A DNA stretch of 60,086 bases from NCBI GenBank assembly GCA_030827475.1, contig JAUREJ010000009.1, forward strand, positions 1 through 60,086. The letters are read 5' to 3'. Below are positions 17,429-28,211 of the stretch, one piece after another. Source of the DNA: Poseidonia sp. Lineage in GTDB: Archaea; Thermoplasmatota; Poseidoniia; Poseidoniales; Poseidoniaceae. Numbering within the stretch: the stretch's first letter is position 1; each line of letters begins with the position of its first letter. Made by a program: the position numbers and the translations under genes. Under the pieces are notes generated by a model. That model did not search any database. It was not told the origin of the DNA and was given only the letters and a program-made list of their open reading frames with translations.

Positions 17429-17824
17429 TTAAACCGCACCGTCTTCATGAAGCACAACCCGCCAGTTGATGGTGATGCTGGGGTCGAGAGAATTTGAAAC
17501 GCTACAGTACTTTTCATGGCTCTTTTCAACCACGCGTTCAACCAATTTCTGAGGAACGTTGCCCACCACGTGATAGACCATCGTCATCGATGTAAACCGA
17601 CGTGGGGTGGTCTCGGCACGCTCGGAATCCAGTTCAACCCAGACCTTTGAAAACGGCCGTTCTTTCAAACCGACCACGACATCCACGAGCGAGCAAGCAC
17701 CGACCATTTGGAGGGTCAGTTGCATCGGTGAGGGGCCCGTCTCCCAATCCATCTCAATGCGTTGTCCTGAGGCGTTGATGCCCACCATTCCCGTGCCTGC
17801 TGTCCACTCCACCCGTCCCTGCAT
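17429..17824 (-). CDS. OsmC/YhfA family protein
   Basis: GPSPMQL...GACSLVDV...SHEKYCSVSNSL, with the two conserved Cys. Confidence 0.9.
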   Translation of the reverse strand: MQGRVEWTAGTGMVGINASGQRIEMDWETGPSPMQLTLQMVGACSLVDVVVGLKERPFSKVWVELDSERAETTPRRFTSMTMVYHVVGNVPQKLVERVVEKSHEKYCSVSNSLDPSITINWRVVLHEDGAV

Positions 17825-17882
17825 ACATGGAGGAGGGGCGGTTGATTCTTGAAGGAGATGCCTGTGGGTGATGATGAGAGCC

Positions 17883-19109
17883 ATGACAGGTACACCGATC
17901 ACCATGGAAAACGGTACGCTAAAGGTCCCCAACAACCCCGTCATTCATTACATCGAGGGCGACGGTATTGGGGTTGACATCACGCCCGTCATGATTCGAG
18001 TCGTCAACGCTGCGGTCGAGAAAGCCTACGGGAGCGAACGGAGCATCGTGTGGTCCGAGGTTCTCGCTGGCGAGAAAGCCTTCAACGCCACCGGCGAATG
18101 GCTACCTCAAGCCACGCTTGACGCTATGCAATCGGGTCTGGTTTCCATCAAAGGTCCGCTCACCACCCCGGTCGGCGGTGGGATTCGCTCGTTGAACGTC
18201 GCCCTCCGACAAAAACTGGACTTGTATGCTTGCGTCCGCCCCGTGCGCTGGTACGACGGCACCCCCTCCCCCGTGAAGGCGCCCGAAGATGTCGACATGA
18301 TCATTTTCCGTGAAAACAGCGAAGACGTCTATGCAGGCATTGAATGGGAGGCCGAAAGCGACGAGGTGAAGCGGGTCATTGATTTCCTCCAAAACGAGAT
18401 GGGCGTCGACAAAATCCGATTCCCCGCTACTTCAGGTATCGGCATCAAGCCGGTCTCAAAAGAAGGAACGGCCCGAATCGTTCGAGCCGCCATCCAATAC
18501 GCCATCGATAACGACAAGCCCAGCGTGACCCTGGTCCACAAAGGCAACATCATGAAGTTCACCGAGGGCGGTTTCCGAGATTGGGGATACAACCTCGCCA
18601 AGGAGGAATTCGGCGCCACGGAACTCGACGGAGGCCCGTGGTGTACGCTCACCAACCCCGTCACGGGCAACCCTATCGTCATCAAGGATGTCATCGCCGA
18701 CGCCATGCTCCAACAGATCATCACTCGGCCAGCGGAATACAGCGTCCTGACCACAATGAACCTGAACGGTGATTACATCTCCGATGCGCTGGCTGCTCAA
18801 GTTGGAGGCATCGGCATTGCACCCGGTGCAAACATCAACTACGACACCGGCATTTCCATCTTTGAAGCCACCCACGGGACCGCTCCAAAATACGCTGGAC
18901 AAGACAAAGTCAACCCCGGCTCCCTGATTCTTTCCGCTGAAATGATGTTGCGCCACATGGGTTGGAAACAAGCCGCCGACCTCATCGTGAAGGGCATGGA
19001 AGGTGCCATTTCCAACAAGACCGTGACCTACGACTTTGAACGCTTGATGGACAACGCAGAACTGCTGTCCTGCAGCGCCTTTGGCGAGGCCATGATTCGC
19101 CACATGTGA
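17883..19109 (+). CDS. icd: NADP-dependent isocitrate dehydrogenase
   Basis: [63 protein letters not shown]. Confidence 0.98.
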   Translation: MTGTPITMENGTLKVPNNPVIHYIEGDGIGVDITPVMIRVVNAAVEKAYGSERSIVWSEVLAGEKAFNATGEWLPQATLDAMQSGLVSIKGPLTTPVGGGIRSLNVALRQKLDLYACVRPVRWYDGTPSPVKAPEDVDMIIFRENSEDVYAGIEWEAESDEVKRVIDFLQNEMGVDKIRFPATSGIGIKPVSKEGTARIVRAAIQYAIDNDKPSVTLVHKGNIMKFTEGGFRDWGYNLAKEEFGATELDGGPWCTLTNPVTGNPIVIKDVIADAMLQQIITRPAEYSVLTTMNLNGDYISDALAAQVGGIGIAPGANINYDTGISIFEATHGTAPKYAGQDKVNPGSLILSAEMMLRHMGWKQAADLIVKGMEGAISNKTVTYDFERLMDNAELLSCSAFGEAMIRHM

Positions 19110-19121
19110 GGGGATTGGCTC

Positions 19122-19487
19122 ATGGCTCGCTCTTACGATGCCCGTTGGGTGAGCATCAAAGGCGGGGCAGACCGTAAATGGTGGATTCGGGCAAAGGCCA
19201 AAATTGACACCGGCGCAAAGCGATGCTCCATCGATGCCGGTCTGGCCGACGCTCTCGAATTGCCGGTGGTGGGCGAAGTCAATGTTCGCAACGCCATGGG
19301 CAGTCAAACGCGAAAACTGGTGACCGGCAACGTTCGCGTTGGCCGCACCACTTACGAAATTGAGATGACCGTTGCTGACCGAAGCGACATGAAATGCCCG
19401 ATGCTGCTCGGCAAAGCCTTCCTGGATGAACTCGCAAAAGCGCCGTTAAAACCCACCAACAAGCGCGACGTGCCTCAATTTGTTTGA
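19122..19487 (+). CDS. Retropepsin-like putative protease (RimK-associated type)
   Basis: AKIDTGAKRCSID and DRSDMKCPMLLG. Confidence 0.8.
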   Translation: MARSYDARWVSIKGGADRKWWIRAKAKIDTGAKRCSIDAGLADALELPVVGEVNVRNAMGSQTRKLVTGNVRVGRTTYEIEMTVADRSDMKCPMLLGKAFLDELAKAPLKPTNKRDVPQFV

Positions 19488-22400
19488 CGGCCCAACCACG
19501 GCTTGAGCGTGCGGTTGTTTTTCGTTACACCAAAGCCAAACCGTTCCTCGATAGCCCGATCGAGCAACGTGAAGTCGCCGTCCATCGTCGCAACCAAAAC
19601 CGCTCCGATGTCGGGCAGCGGCATGGAGGAGAGATGCATCGCCAATCGATAGATGTCGAGGTCGGTGGATTCTGGATAAATCGCCTCCCCGTCAAGTTCG
19701 GTGCGAACGGTGACGCTGCGCAAGGCTTTGAGCGCTGTAAGCTCTTCAAAGACCTCGGCATGGTGCCGCAAAAAGTCGTCCAAGGCCTCGGAGGTCTCGG
19801 GCACACCGGCCAACATTTCGGTTGTGGGCGACCAGGTCGTGAACTCCGTGAGGATTTCATCCACCAACGCCTTCATCGTGGCCGAGTCCAGAGTTTGTTC
19901 AAGCGTTGAGGCGTTGATCATCGAACCCCTGAAGCGGCTCAACAAGCGTTGGTCCTTAGCGATGAGGCGCAATTCCCCACGTACATCTTCGGGAATCATC
20001 AGCAAGAGGCGCTTTTCGGAAGCATGGTGACGCAGAAGGTGGTGGAAACGGTTGCCACCCAGAACATCGAGGTTGGTCTCAAAGGCCAAGTCCATGCGCT
20101 GGAACATTTTTTCGACCAGTGCATCCACCAGCACGTTCGTGTCGACGATAACGAGCGGTTTCAGGGAAAGGTTGTGGAGGAAACGACGCTTTGACGTGGG
20201 AATTTCCTCTTTGTACATCGAGAACAAAGACTGTTCCACCATGGCGAGTCGTTTGAGGGCCGAGACGGAAAACTTCGAGGAGTTTTGAGCGCGTTCCAAG
20301 TACATGAGTCCCTCGAACGCCCCTTCTTCAGCAGCGTTTTTGGCAATTTCATAGATTTCATCCATCGAGGGGGACATGCCCATCATGGCTTGGCGGAACT
20401 GTTGCTCAAATTGCGTTCTCGAGCGACGCAGGTCCCGACTGATTTGGGTCGTTGCAGCAGTGACCCGCCCGAGGAAGGGTTCAGGAGGCAACAGGTGGGC
20501 TTGTTCGTAGGGGTAATTGCGAAGCAAATCCAACTCCTCTTCGTTGTACACCGTCTTCGTACGTTCAACCATGTTGCCTTCGACGTCCTCCTCGGTGTAC
20601 TTGATGCGCTGTTGGACGTGCCTCCGAACGAGGCGAGCTGCTTCGCTGGTGTCGGTCCCGGCTCGGTGGCAAACCCGAAGATAGAGTTTGAACCGTTCGG
20701 TGATGGCGGTTTTGAGCGACGGTACCTTGTCGAGCAGTTCGACGGCCTCGGCCCAAGACATGGCGTGGGCGTAGTGGATGAGCGACTTTCGATAGAGCGC
20801 AAGGGGGAGCGCCAATGCTGAGTCGTCATCGTCGGATTCAGAAGCATGGCCTGCAAGTTCACCGCTCTTCTCCCGTTGTTTGGTGAACAACTCGGCGGCT
20901 CTGGAATATTCCCGAGCCGAGTTCAACTCGTCCCCTTTTGAGGCGAACAAGGCCGCTCGGCTCAAGGAAGCCCAGGGGGACAGCGGGTGGTGTTGCTGGT
21001 ACCAAGCGACGAGGTTGGGCAGACCCAAATCGTGCTCCATGACAACGTGGGACAGGGATTGCACCAAACGCAAGGGGAATACGGGGTTGGCGAGCATCGC
21101 ATTGAGTTCCTCGGCTTGGCCTTCCTTGGCCATCCCGATGCCGTAGGCTTGCATGTGGCCGTTGAGCGAAAGCGTGAGGATCATCACCTCAAACAAACGC
21201 CGTTCAATCATTGTTAACTCCAAATCATCGAGCGAATTGCTGAGGTTGTTGAGGTGCGTTTCGCTTACAACGCCGCCTTCAACAATGGCTCGGCTGATGG
21301 GAGAGAAGGCCTTCAAGGCGTTCTTGTTAAGAACTTGAACGACGGCGTCAGGGGACTCGAGCCGAGTCCCTTCCATCAACAGCAGCAGGTGCTCGGCGAC
21401 GGGGGTCATGACCTCGGGGAGTTCTGCCCCGTGAATGGCTTGAAGAGCCAAGGTTCTGCACTCAAAAACACCGGCCCGCAACGATGCATCCACCGTGGCT
21501 GGAGCCAAGTGATAAAGCAACAAAGCGACGTACGGGTGCTCCAAGGAAAGCATCTCGTCTTGAACGAACACGGTAGCGAGGCGGTTGATATCGAGCGTGC
21601 TCAACAAAAGCATCAACGCACTCGATTTTGAGGTTTCCCAAGCTTCTCCGGGCTCATCGCACATGCGTTGAGCGGCGGCCAAACGAAGTGCATGGCTCAA
21701 CGCCTCCGCCCCGATGATGTGCTGAAGAGCCTGTTCGTCGAGTTCGCCGATGAAACGCAACAGCCATCCATTCGCCCGTTCATCGTTCAACGAAACCACG
21801 AGCGGCAAGAGTTCGGTCACATCGGAGGAACCGTCCAGACGCAGGCTTTCAAGCACCTCCACGGCGGCGTCCCGTTGGTCCTCGCGAAGCAGGGCTTTGA
21901 GGCGCCACCATGTCAAGCGATCTTTTCCTTCGTGGAGGTTGGCGGTTTCCAAAAGGCCGAGCCCGTCTTGAAGTTGAGTCGAAGTGCACCCCTCGGCTTC
22001 ATCAGGTGCGTGCTGCCAAGCCAAGGTTCGGCGGGCGAGCGTGAGCGGGTCGTCCTTGTCGAGTTGAAGCAAGGACGCCCAGTCCGATACCTTCCCCTCT
22101 TGTAGGTTTGCAAAGTCTTGAAGGGCGTAGGCCAAGGATTCGTCAGTGGTCTCGCAGCGCTTGAAGACCGCATTGTCAACCGTTTCACCGTTGTGAAGAG
22201 CGAGCAAATAGGGGACGAAGGCCAGCGTGTTCTCCAGTCCAAGCAAGGTGCTGTCAAGTTTCGCGGCACGGGCTCCTGATAGTTGGCTCCCGGCCTTTTG
22301 CAACGCCACCTTGACATCGGGGTCGTCAACACCGGCTGCTGCCAGTTGAAGCACCGTTGCCAGAGCGTTTCGGTCGCGAGGGTCAACCCAAAAGAATTCG

Positions 22401-22936
22401 GAGGACAGGTTGGTTTTCTTGCTTGCAGCCTTGGCCTTGGCTTTCGGAAAAGCCAAAAATTGACCCAACAAAGGCGTTTTTTCACCGATGAGGTGCCAGA
22501 CCGGGTGAACGCCTTTTTCCATGCATGTTGTTCGCAAAGCGGTCTCGTGTGCGTTCCACGCTTCGTCCCAATCGTCACTGTTCAGTTGTTTGTGGATGAG
22601 CAACACGGCGAGGCGGTAGGCTTCGTTGTACGGCGCCTCGTCGATGATGGCTTGCGGTTCGTGCAGCCACGACATGTAGGAAGGTCCTGCGTTCCGGCCG
22701 CTTCGGCGAGTGCGGCCGCGGGGGCGAGCCATGGCCGGACGACGTTGGGTAGATTCGTCCTCGTCATCGGCGGGAGGAGGTTCGGTTTCGTGAGCGGCAA
22801 CGCACAGCACCGCCATCAACGGGCGGTCAACCATTTTCGAAGCGTTTTCACGGTTCATGGTTGCGATGCGTACGTTGCCCGACATGGGCTTTGAAAACGC
22901 TGCCTTGAGGCAGGTCTCCATGTACGTTTCCTCCAA
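19475..22936 (-). CDS. Large helical-repeat (TPR-like) protein with C-terminal PIN domain
   Basis: LVIVDTNVLVD...PEDVRGEL...STDLDIY...VATMDGDF supplies the PIN acidic tetrad after about 900 helical residues. Confidence 0.75.
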   Translation of the reverse strand: MEETYMETCLKAAFSKPMSGNVRIATMNRENASKMVDRPLMAVLCVAAHETEPPPADDEDESTQRRPAMARPRGRTRRSGRNAGPSYMSWLHEPQAIIDEAPYNEAYRLAVLLIHKQLNSDDWDEAWNAHETALRTTCMEKGVHPVWHLIGEKTPLLGQFLAFPKAKAKAASKKTNLSSEFFWVDPRDRNALATVLQLAAAGVDDPDVKVALQKAGSQLSGARAAKLDSTLLGLENTLAFVPYLLALHNGETVDNAVFKRCETTDESLAYALQDFANLQEGKVSDWASLLQLDKDDPLTLARRTLAWQHAPDEAEGCTSTQLQDGLGLLETANLHEGKDRLTWWRLKALLREDQRDAAVEVLESLRLDGSSDVTELLPLVVSLNDERANGWLLRFIGELDEQALQHIIGAEALSHALRLAAAQRMCDEPGEAWETSKSSALMLLLSTLDINRLATVFVQDEMLSLEHPYVALLLYHLAPATVDASLRAGVFECRTLALQAIHGAELPEVMTPVAEHLLLLMEGTRLESPDAVVQVLNKNALKAFSPISRAIVEGGVVSETHLNNLSNSLDDLELTMIERRLFEVMILTLSLNGHMQAYGIGMAKEGQAEELNAMLANPVFPLRLVQSLSHVVMEHDLGLPNLVAWYQQHHPLSPWASLSRAALFASKGDELNSAREYSRAAELFTKQREKSGELAGHASESDDDDSALALPLALYRKSLIHYAHAMSWAEAVELLDKVPSLKTAITERFKLYLRVCHRAGTDTSEAARLVRRHVQQRIKYTEEDVEGNMVERTKTVYNEEELDLLRNYPYEQAHLLPPEPFLGRVTAATTQISRDLRRSRTQFEQQFRQAMMGMSPSMDEIYEIAKNAAEEGAFEGLMYLERAQNSSKFSVSALKRLAMVEQSLFSMYKEEIPTSKRRFLHNLSLKPLVIVDTNVLVDALVEKMFQRMDLAFETNLDVLGGNRFHHLLRHHASEKRLLLMIPEDVRGELRLIAKDQRLLSRFRGSMINASTLEQTLDSATMKALVDEILTEFTTWSPTTEMLAGVPETSEALDDFLRHHAEVFEELTALKALRSVTVRTELDGEAIYPESTDLDIYRLAMHLSSMPLPDIGAVLVATMDGDFTLLDRAIEERFGFGVTKNNRTLKPWLGRQTN

Positions 22937-23061
22937 CCCTTCATCCCCTCGGTTCCCCCCACGACGAGAGCCCTTTCAATCCACCGCCAACCGCGAATGG
23001 GAAATCCAACGCCAACACATACCTCCTTGAACCGATGCGGCTTCGGGCACAACGAGTCTCC

Positions 23062-23532
23062 ATGGACACGCTGCCGTTCCTCGTCCTGTTGCTCCACCCG
23101 TTGCTGGCCAGCGGGCTGGTGTTCTGGGTGTGGTGGCAATACGCTTGGCGAAAGAAGTCCTACGAACTCAAGGGCGAGGAGCGCGCCGCCTACTTGGCAA
23201 GGCACGAAACCAACGGCGAACGCCTCCTTTGGGCCACCGGGGCGGTCATCCTCGTGGCCTTCCTCGCACGGGGCTTCGCCGGATGGTACGCCGGTGACGG
23301 TGTCATCGCCTCGCTCGTTCCGCAATCCCTTCACGGTTTCATGGGACCCGTCGGCTTCGGCTTGATGGTGTTCACGACTCGGTTGGGCAAGCAGGCTCGG
23401 TCCCAACGCAACGCAGGAGAATCCTTCGCTGTGGCCAAACTCAAGCACGGACGAGCCGCCGACCTGATCGTCTACCTCGTGTTCATTCACGCCTTCCTCG
23501 GATTCATCTACACCTTTGACGTGTTGATGTGA
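23062..23532 (+). CDS. Four-TM membrane protein (DUF4079/cytochrome b561-like His pattern)
   Basis: Four hydrophobic helices with His in LHP, RHE, LHG, KHG and IHA. Confidence 0.65.
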   Translation: MDTLPFLVLLLHPLLASGLVFWVWWQYAWRKKSYELKGEERAAYLARHETNGERLLWATGAVILVAFLARGFAGWYAGDGVIASLVPQSLHGFMGPVGFGLMVFTTRLGKQARSQRNAGESFAVAKLKHGRAADLIVYLVFIHAFLGFIYTFDVLM

Positions 23533-23588
23533 GCCAGCCCTTGGCCAGCCAAATCAAGCGCCATCAGCTTCAGGCCTTTTACCGGCGC

Positions 23589-25043
23589 TCAGAAGATGTT
23601 GTTGAACAACCAGCCGAAGGTGGATTGGTCACCGGGACCGAGATAGAACATCAGCATGAAGATGGCCACACCCCACATGATGGGGCTGACATCGTTGAGT
23701 TTCTCTCGGTCGGTGATTCCGCCCATGAGCTTGATGACGACGAAGGAGATCACACCCCAAGCGATACCGTCAGCAATGGAATAGGTGAACGGCATCATCA
23801 CCATCGTCAGGAACGCTGGCAAGACCATGTCTTGGTCCTCCCAGTCGATTTGCGTGGCTTGCTTCATCATCATGGCGCCGATCATCACCAAAGCACAAGC
23901 GGCGGCGAAGGTCGGGATGGCTTGGAACAAACCGGACAAGAAGAGTCCAGAAAGCATGAGCACACCAACGGTGACGGCGGTCAGGCCGGTCTTGCCGCCT
24001 TCTTCTACACCCGCAGCGGATTCGATGTAGGTGGTGGTGGTGCTGGTGCCGCAGGCAGCGCCAATCACCGTAGCGACGGCGTCGGACATGAAGGCCTCGT
24101 CGGAGTTCTGCAACTCGTCGTCCTCGTTGACGTAACCGGCTTGGCGACCCACTGAGTACAATGTACCGGCGGTGTCGAAGATGTCCACGAACAGGAAGGC
24201 GATCATGACCAACATGAAGTCAGCAAGGTTGTCGCTGATGTCACCAAAGGCGCCGAACGCAGCACCGAGGGATTCCTCAGGCAAACCCACGAAGCCAAAG
24301 ATTTCGGTCGGCCACTCGGCAGTCTTCGAACCCCACCCTGCTCCGCCTGCAGCGAAGTCGTTGTAGGGGTCGTAGGCGCCTACGGCCCATCCGTAGACCG
24401 AAGCCCCAAGGATACCGTAAATGATGGCCCCTTTCACGCCCTTGGCCATCATCACGGCGATGGCGAGCAGCGCCACCATGCTGATGAGTGCGCCGTGGTC
24501 ATACCCAAAACCTTCCGTGGTGGCGAGGTTGACAAGGGTGGCGCCGTCGTCTTGAATCCAACCCATCTCGCGCAGACCAATGATGGCCAGGAACATCCCG
24601 ATACCGGCGCCGGTTGCAATTTTGAGGTCCTTGGGGATAGCATTGATCATCTTGGTCCGCCAACCGATTTGAGGAAGGGAAATGATGAGGAAGATGATAC
24701 CTTCAACGAAGACGGCGGCAAGGGCGATGCGCCAATCGATGCCCATGCCGAGAACGACGGCGAAGGTGAAGTAGGCGTTCAAACCCATTCCCGGAGCAAG
24801 AGCAAAGGGAAGATTCGCCCACAAACCCATCACCACACAGCCAACAAAGGCAGCGATGGCGGTGGCGAAGAGTGCATCGTCAAAGGGAATACCGGACACA
24901 CTCAACATGGCCGGATTGACCAGCAAGATGTACGCCATCGTCAGGAAGGTCGTCAATCCAGCTCGCAATTCTCCATTCAACGTCGCTCCTCGTTCTTCAA
25001 ATTTGAAGAATTTTCCGATATCTTGCTCAAATCCCATGTTCAT
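23589..25043 (-). CDS. NCS2/AzgA-family purine permease
   Basis: ELRAGLTTFLTMAYIL.VNP, ALAPGMGLNAYF, DIFDTAGT, YIESAAGVEEGGKTGL, PFTYSIADG. AGGAGA RBS lies upstream. Confidence 0.95.
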   Translation of the reverse strand: MNMGFEQDIGKFFKFEERGATLNGELRAGLTTFLTMAYILLVNPAMLSVSGIPFDDALFATAIAAFVGCVVMGLWANLPFALAPGMGLNAYFTFAVVLGMGIDWRIALAAVFVEGIIFLIISLPQIGWRTKMINAIPKDLKIATGAGIGMFLAIIGLREMGWIQDDGATLVNLATTEGFGYDHGALISMVALLAIAVMMAKGVKGAIIYGILGASVYGWAVGAYDPYNDFAAGGAGWGSKTAEWPTEIFGFVGLPEESLGAAFGAFGDISDNLADFMLVMIAFLFVDIFDTAGTLYSVGRQAGYVNEDDELQNSDEAFMSDAVATVIGAACGTSTTTTYIESAAGVEEGGKTGLTAVTVGVLMLSGLFLSGLFQAIPTFAAACALVMIGAMMMKQATQIDWEDQDMVLPAFLTMVMMPFTYSIADGIAWGVISFVVIKLMGGITDREKLNDVSPIMWGVAIFMLMFYLGPGDQSTFGWLFNNIF

Positions 25044-25145
25044 TTCTCCTTGAGGGTTGAGGCTGCTTAGCCATGGAGGGGTTATATACTTCGGGTGCAA
25101 AATCAAGGCCTAGAGGCTCAAAACCAATCTTTTCAGCACAAACCG

Positions 25146-25661
25146 TCATTCGTCGTAGGCCACCAGGGCATGGACAGGTGCATCGACAGCACTACGACCG
25201 TTGAGGAAGGGCAAATCGATCACCACACCGCAACCTGCGACCTCGGCTCCGGCTTGCCGGCACAAGGTAACCGAGGCGGCCAACGTACCCCCCGTCGCCA
25301 GCAGATCGTCAAGAATCACCACGCGCTGTCCGGGGTCTAAGGCATCAGCCTGAATCTCAATCGTATCGCTTCCGTACTCCAAATCGTAGGTGAGGGACAC
25401 GGTCTCACCGGGCAACTTCCCGGCTTTTCGAATCATCATCATGGGAAGACCAAGTCGCTGAGCCAGCGGCGTTGCGAAGAGAAAGCCGCGACTCTCAATC
25501 CCTGCGATCACATCGGGTTTCCAAGTGCGCACCACCGATTCGAAGGCTTCCAAGCAATGCGCCATCGCGTGCGGTTCCCTCAACAACGTCGCGATGTCGT
25601 AGAACAAAATCCCCTCAACGGGAAAGTTAGGAATGCTGCGAATGTGTTCTTTGAGATTCAT
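25146..25661 (-). CDS. apt: Adenine phosphoribosyltransferase
   Basis: IPNFPVEGILFYDI, GIESRGF, RKAGKLP, LEYG, and the PRPP motif VVILDDLLATGGT. Confidence 0.95.
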   Translation of the reverse strand: MNLKEHIRSIPNFPVEGILFYDIATLLREPHAMAHCLEAFESVVRTWKPDVIAGIESRGFLFATPLAQRLGLPMMMIRKAGKLPGETVSLTYDLEYGSDTIEIQADALDPGQRVVILDDLLATGGTLAASVTLCRQAGAEVAGCGVVIDLPFLNGRSAVDAPVHALVAYDE

Positions 25662-25775
25662 GGACGAAGAGACCGCCATCCGGTTCATCAAGATGCCTCA
25701 CTCCAATCCGTAGGCATTCACGGCTTTGGGCAAATGAAACGCTGATTGAAATACACCTTTTTTGCCGAGCAACTC

Positions 25776-28121
25776 ATGGAAGGTGCGACAGACCCCGCCG
25801 TTTTGAAAGACCGCGCTTTCTACAAAATGGGCTTGTTCATCCACGACCACCAAAAGACCGTCATGGTTCTGGGTTTGATTTCCTGTGTCTTGATGGCAGG
25901 TTTGTGGACCATCGGAGCGGATTGGGCCGAAGGGTTCGGCGAAGACGATGTTGAATCCGTGAACGCCGGGCGTTTGATTTCCGAACGCTTTGCGAGCGAC
26001 GGCGATGACAGCGGCCAAAGCTTCCGCTACGTCGTTCATCACCCCTCATTGAACGACAGCAGTGAGACGTGGCAAGCGGCGGTCATTGAAGCGCTTTCTT
26101 CCTTTGCCGAACACCCCGAAGTGACCGTTGAGTATTCATGGGAGGTCAACGATGTTGACCGGGACGATGTCGTAGCGAGCGACGAGGAAGGAAATTATGC
26201 CATCAACACCGTTCGGATGTCGACCGACCGCAAAGAGGCCAAAGCCATCATGGACGAACTCCACGAGACGGTCAGCATCGGTGGCGACTTTGAAGGGTGG
26301 ATGACGGACGGTATTTTCATCGATTGGACCTTTGACGATCGCATCAAAAACGACCTCATCAAGGCCGAACTGATTTCCGGACCCCTCTCCCTGCTCATTC
26401 TCGGCATGGTCTTCGGCTCAATCGTCGCAGCTTTGCTCCCTGTTGGCGTTGGCGTTGGAACGGTGCTCGCAGCCATCGGCATGACCGTGTGGCTTTCGAA
26501 CGTGACCGATGTTACGGTTTACGCAACCAACATCATCTCCCTCATCGGCATCGGTGTTTCCATCGATTACTCTCTCTTCTTGGTGAACCGGTTCAGGGAG
26601 GAGCTTGATCGGGGGCACGACGTCCGAACGGCTACGGCGATGAGTTGCGCCACCGCAGGCAAGGCCGTCTTTTACTCCGGCATCACCGTCGCCATCGGTT
26701 TGATGGGGATGCTGTTTTTCAAGAACACCTCCTTGCCCTCACTCGGGATCGGAGGGACGATGGCCGTGTCCATCGCCATGGTCTACTCCACCGTGGTTTT
26801 GCCCGCCGTAATGGCATGGCTGGGTCCCCGCGTCAACAGCGGCCGCATTCCCTTTGCTCTGGACATGCGGGCGAAAGACGACGGGATTTGGGCCAGCATC
26901 GCCAAGCGCGTGATGGACCGACCTTGGGCGGTTCTCATCCCGACGCTCATTCTCTTGATCGGCGCAGGACTGCCCTTTGCCTATGCTGAGTTTTCCCTCT
27001 CATCGTGGAAGGCTTTGCCGCCCGATGATGAATCTCGGCTCGGCATGGAACTCATCGACGAGCAGTGGCCCGACCAAGCGGCGAACTCGATCTTCCTCGT
27101 CATTGATATGGACGGTGAAGACCCGCTGTCGGAGGCCAACTTGCGCGCCCAGCATGCGTATCTTACCGGCCTGCTCAACGACAACCGTGTCTCTGGGGGC
27201 ATTGGCGTGGGCCTCCCAATGGCGGCCATGACAGCTGACGAAGTCGTTGGATACTGGTCAGCGAGTGCCGAAGCGCTGGGCGAACAAGCGGCGATGCGGG
27301 AGAGCCTGCGAGCCGCCTTCGTCGGCGAAGGTGCAACCCTCATATCGATTCAACTGGTCGGAGCGCAAACCAGCGTTAATTCCCGCGAAACGGTGGAGGA
27401 CATCAGGGATGAACGGGACACGTTCTTGGGCGAGTTAACCGGAGAAAACGACAGGTTGCTCGTCGCCGGTTTCGCTGCTTACAACGCCGACAACTTGGAC
27501 GCCATCGCCGATAACCTCCCCAGAGCCTTAGCCTTCATCCTCATCGCCACGATGATGTTGATTTTTGTTCAGGTCAAATCGGTCGTTATTCCGATCAAAG
27601 CCATCGCCATGAACATCCTCTCGATTTCGGCCTCCTTCGGCATGTTGGTTTGGGTGTTCCAGTGGGGCTACGGCGAATCCCTGCTCAATTTCACGGCCCA
27701 ACCCATCGACTCGGGAAATCCCGTCATCATGTTCTGCATCGTCTTTGGACTCTCGATGGATTACGAAGTGCTGATGCTTTCCCGCATCCATGAGGAATGG
27801 GAACGTACCGGCGACAACACCCTTGCCGTCGCCAACGGCCTGCAAAAAACCGGTGGCCTCATCACCGGTGCAGCCGCCATCATGGTCGTCGTGTTCAGTG
27901 CGTTTGGCCTCTCTTCGGTGATCATTTTGAAACAGATCGGCCTTGGACTCGCCCTTGCGATTCTCGTTGATGCAACCCTGGTCCGCGCCCTGGTGGTGCC
28001 CTCAACGATGCGCCTCATGGGCAAATGGAATTGGTGGGCACCATCGTTTTTGAGCGGAAAGCAAGCCCATACTCAGCCGGGGCTGCAGGCTTCAAACGAG
28101 GGGGCCAACGAGCAGGAATAA
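25776..28121 (+). CDS. MMPL/RND family transporter
   Basis: Two repeats with GIGVSIDYSLFLVNRFREE and FGLSMDYEVLMLSRIHEE, plus DATLVRALVVP. Confidence 0.93.
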   Translation: MEGATDPAVLKDRAFYKMGLFIHDHQKTVMVLGLISCVLMAGLWTIGADWAEGFGEDDVESVNAGRLISERFASDGDDSGQSFRYVVHHPSLNDSSETWQAAVIEALSSFAEHPEVTVEYSWEVNDVDRDDVVASDEEGNYAINTVRMSTDRKEAKAIMDELHETVSIGGDFEGWMTDGIFIDWTFDDRIKNDLIKAELISGPLSLLILGMVFGSIVAALLPVGVGVGTVLAAIGMTVWLSNVTDVTVYATNIISLIGIGVSIDYSLFLVNRFREELDRGHDVRTATAMSCATAGKAVFYSGITVAIGLMGMLFFKNTSLPSLGIGGTMAVSIAMVYSTVVLPAVMAWLGPRVNSGRIPFALDMRAKDDGIWASIAKRVMDRPWAVLIPTLILLIGAGLPFAYAEFSLSSWKALPPDDESRLGMELIDEQWPDQAANSIFLVIDMDGEDPLSEANLRAQHAYLTGLLNDNRVSGGIGVGLPMAAMTADEVVGYWSASAEALGEQAAMRESLRAAFVGEGATLISIQLVGAQTSVNSRETVEDIRDERDTFLGELTGENDRLLVAGFAAYNADNLDAIADNLPRALAFILIATMMLIFVQVKSVVIPIKAIAMNILSISASFGMLVWVFQWGYGESLLNFTAQPIDSGNPVIMFCIVFGLSMDYEVLMLSRIHEEWERTGDNTLAVANGLQKTGGLITGAAAIMVVVFSAFGLSSVIILKQIGLGLALAILVDATLVRALVVPSTMRLMGKWNWWAPSFLSGKQAHTQPGLQASNEGANEQE

Positions 28122-28211
28122 CGGCTCAACCGCTGACAGAACGTTCAAAGCATCACCGGCCGCCTGATCACCATAGGACGAGACCGTACCGTTCGAAAAG
28201 TCGAGAAGGTC

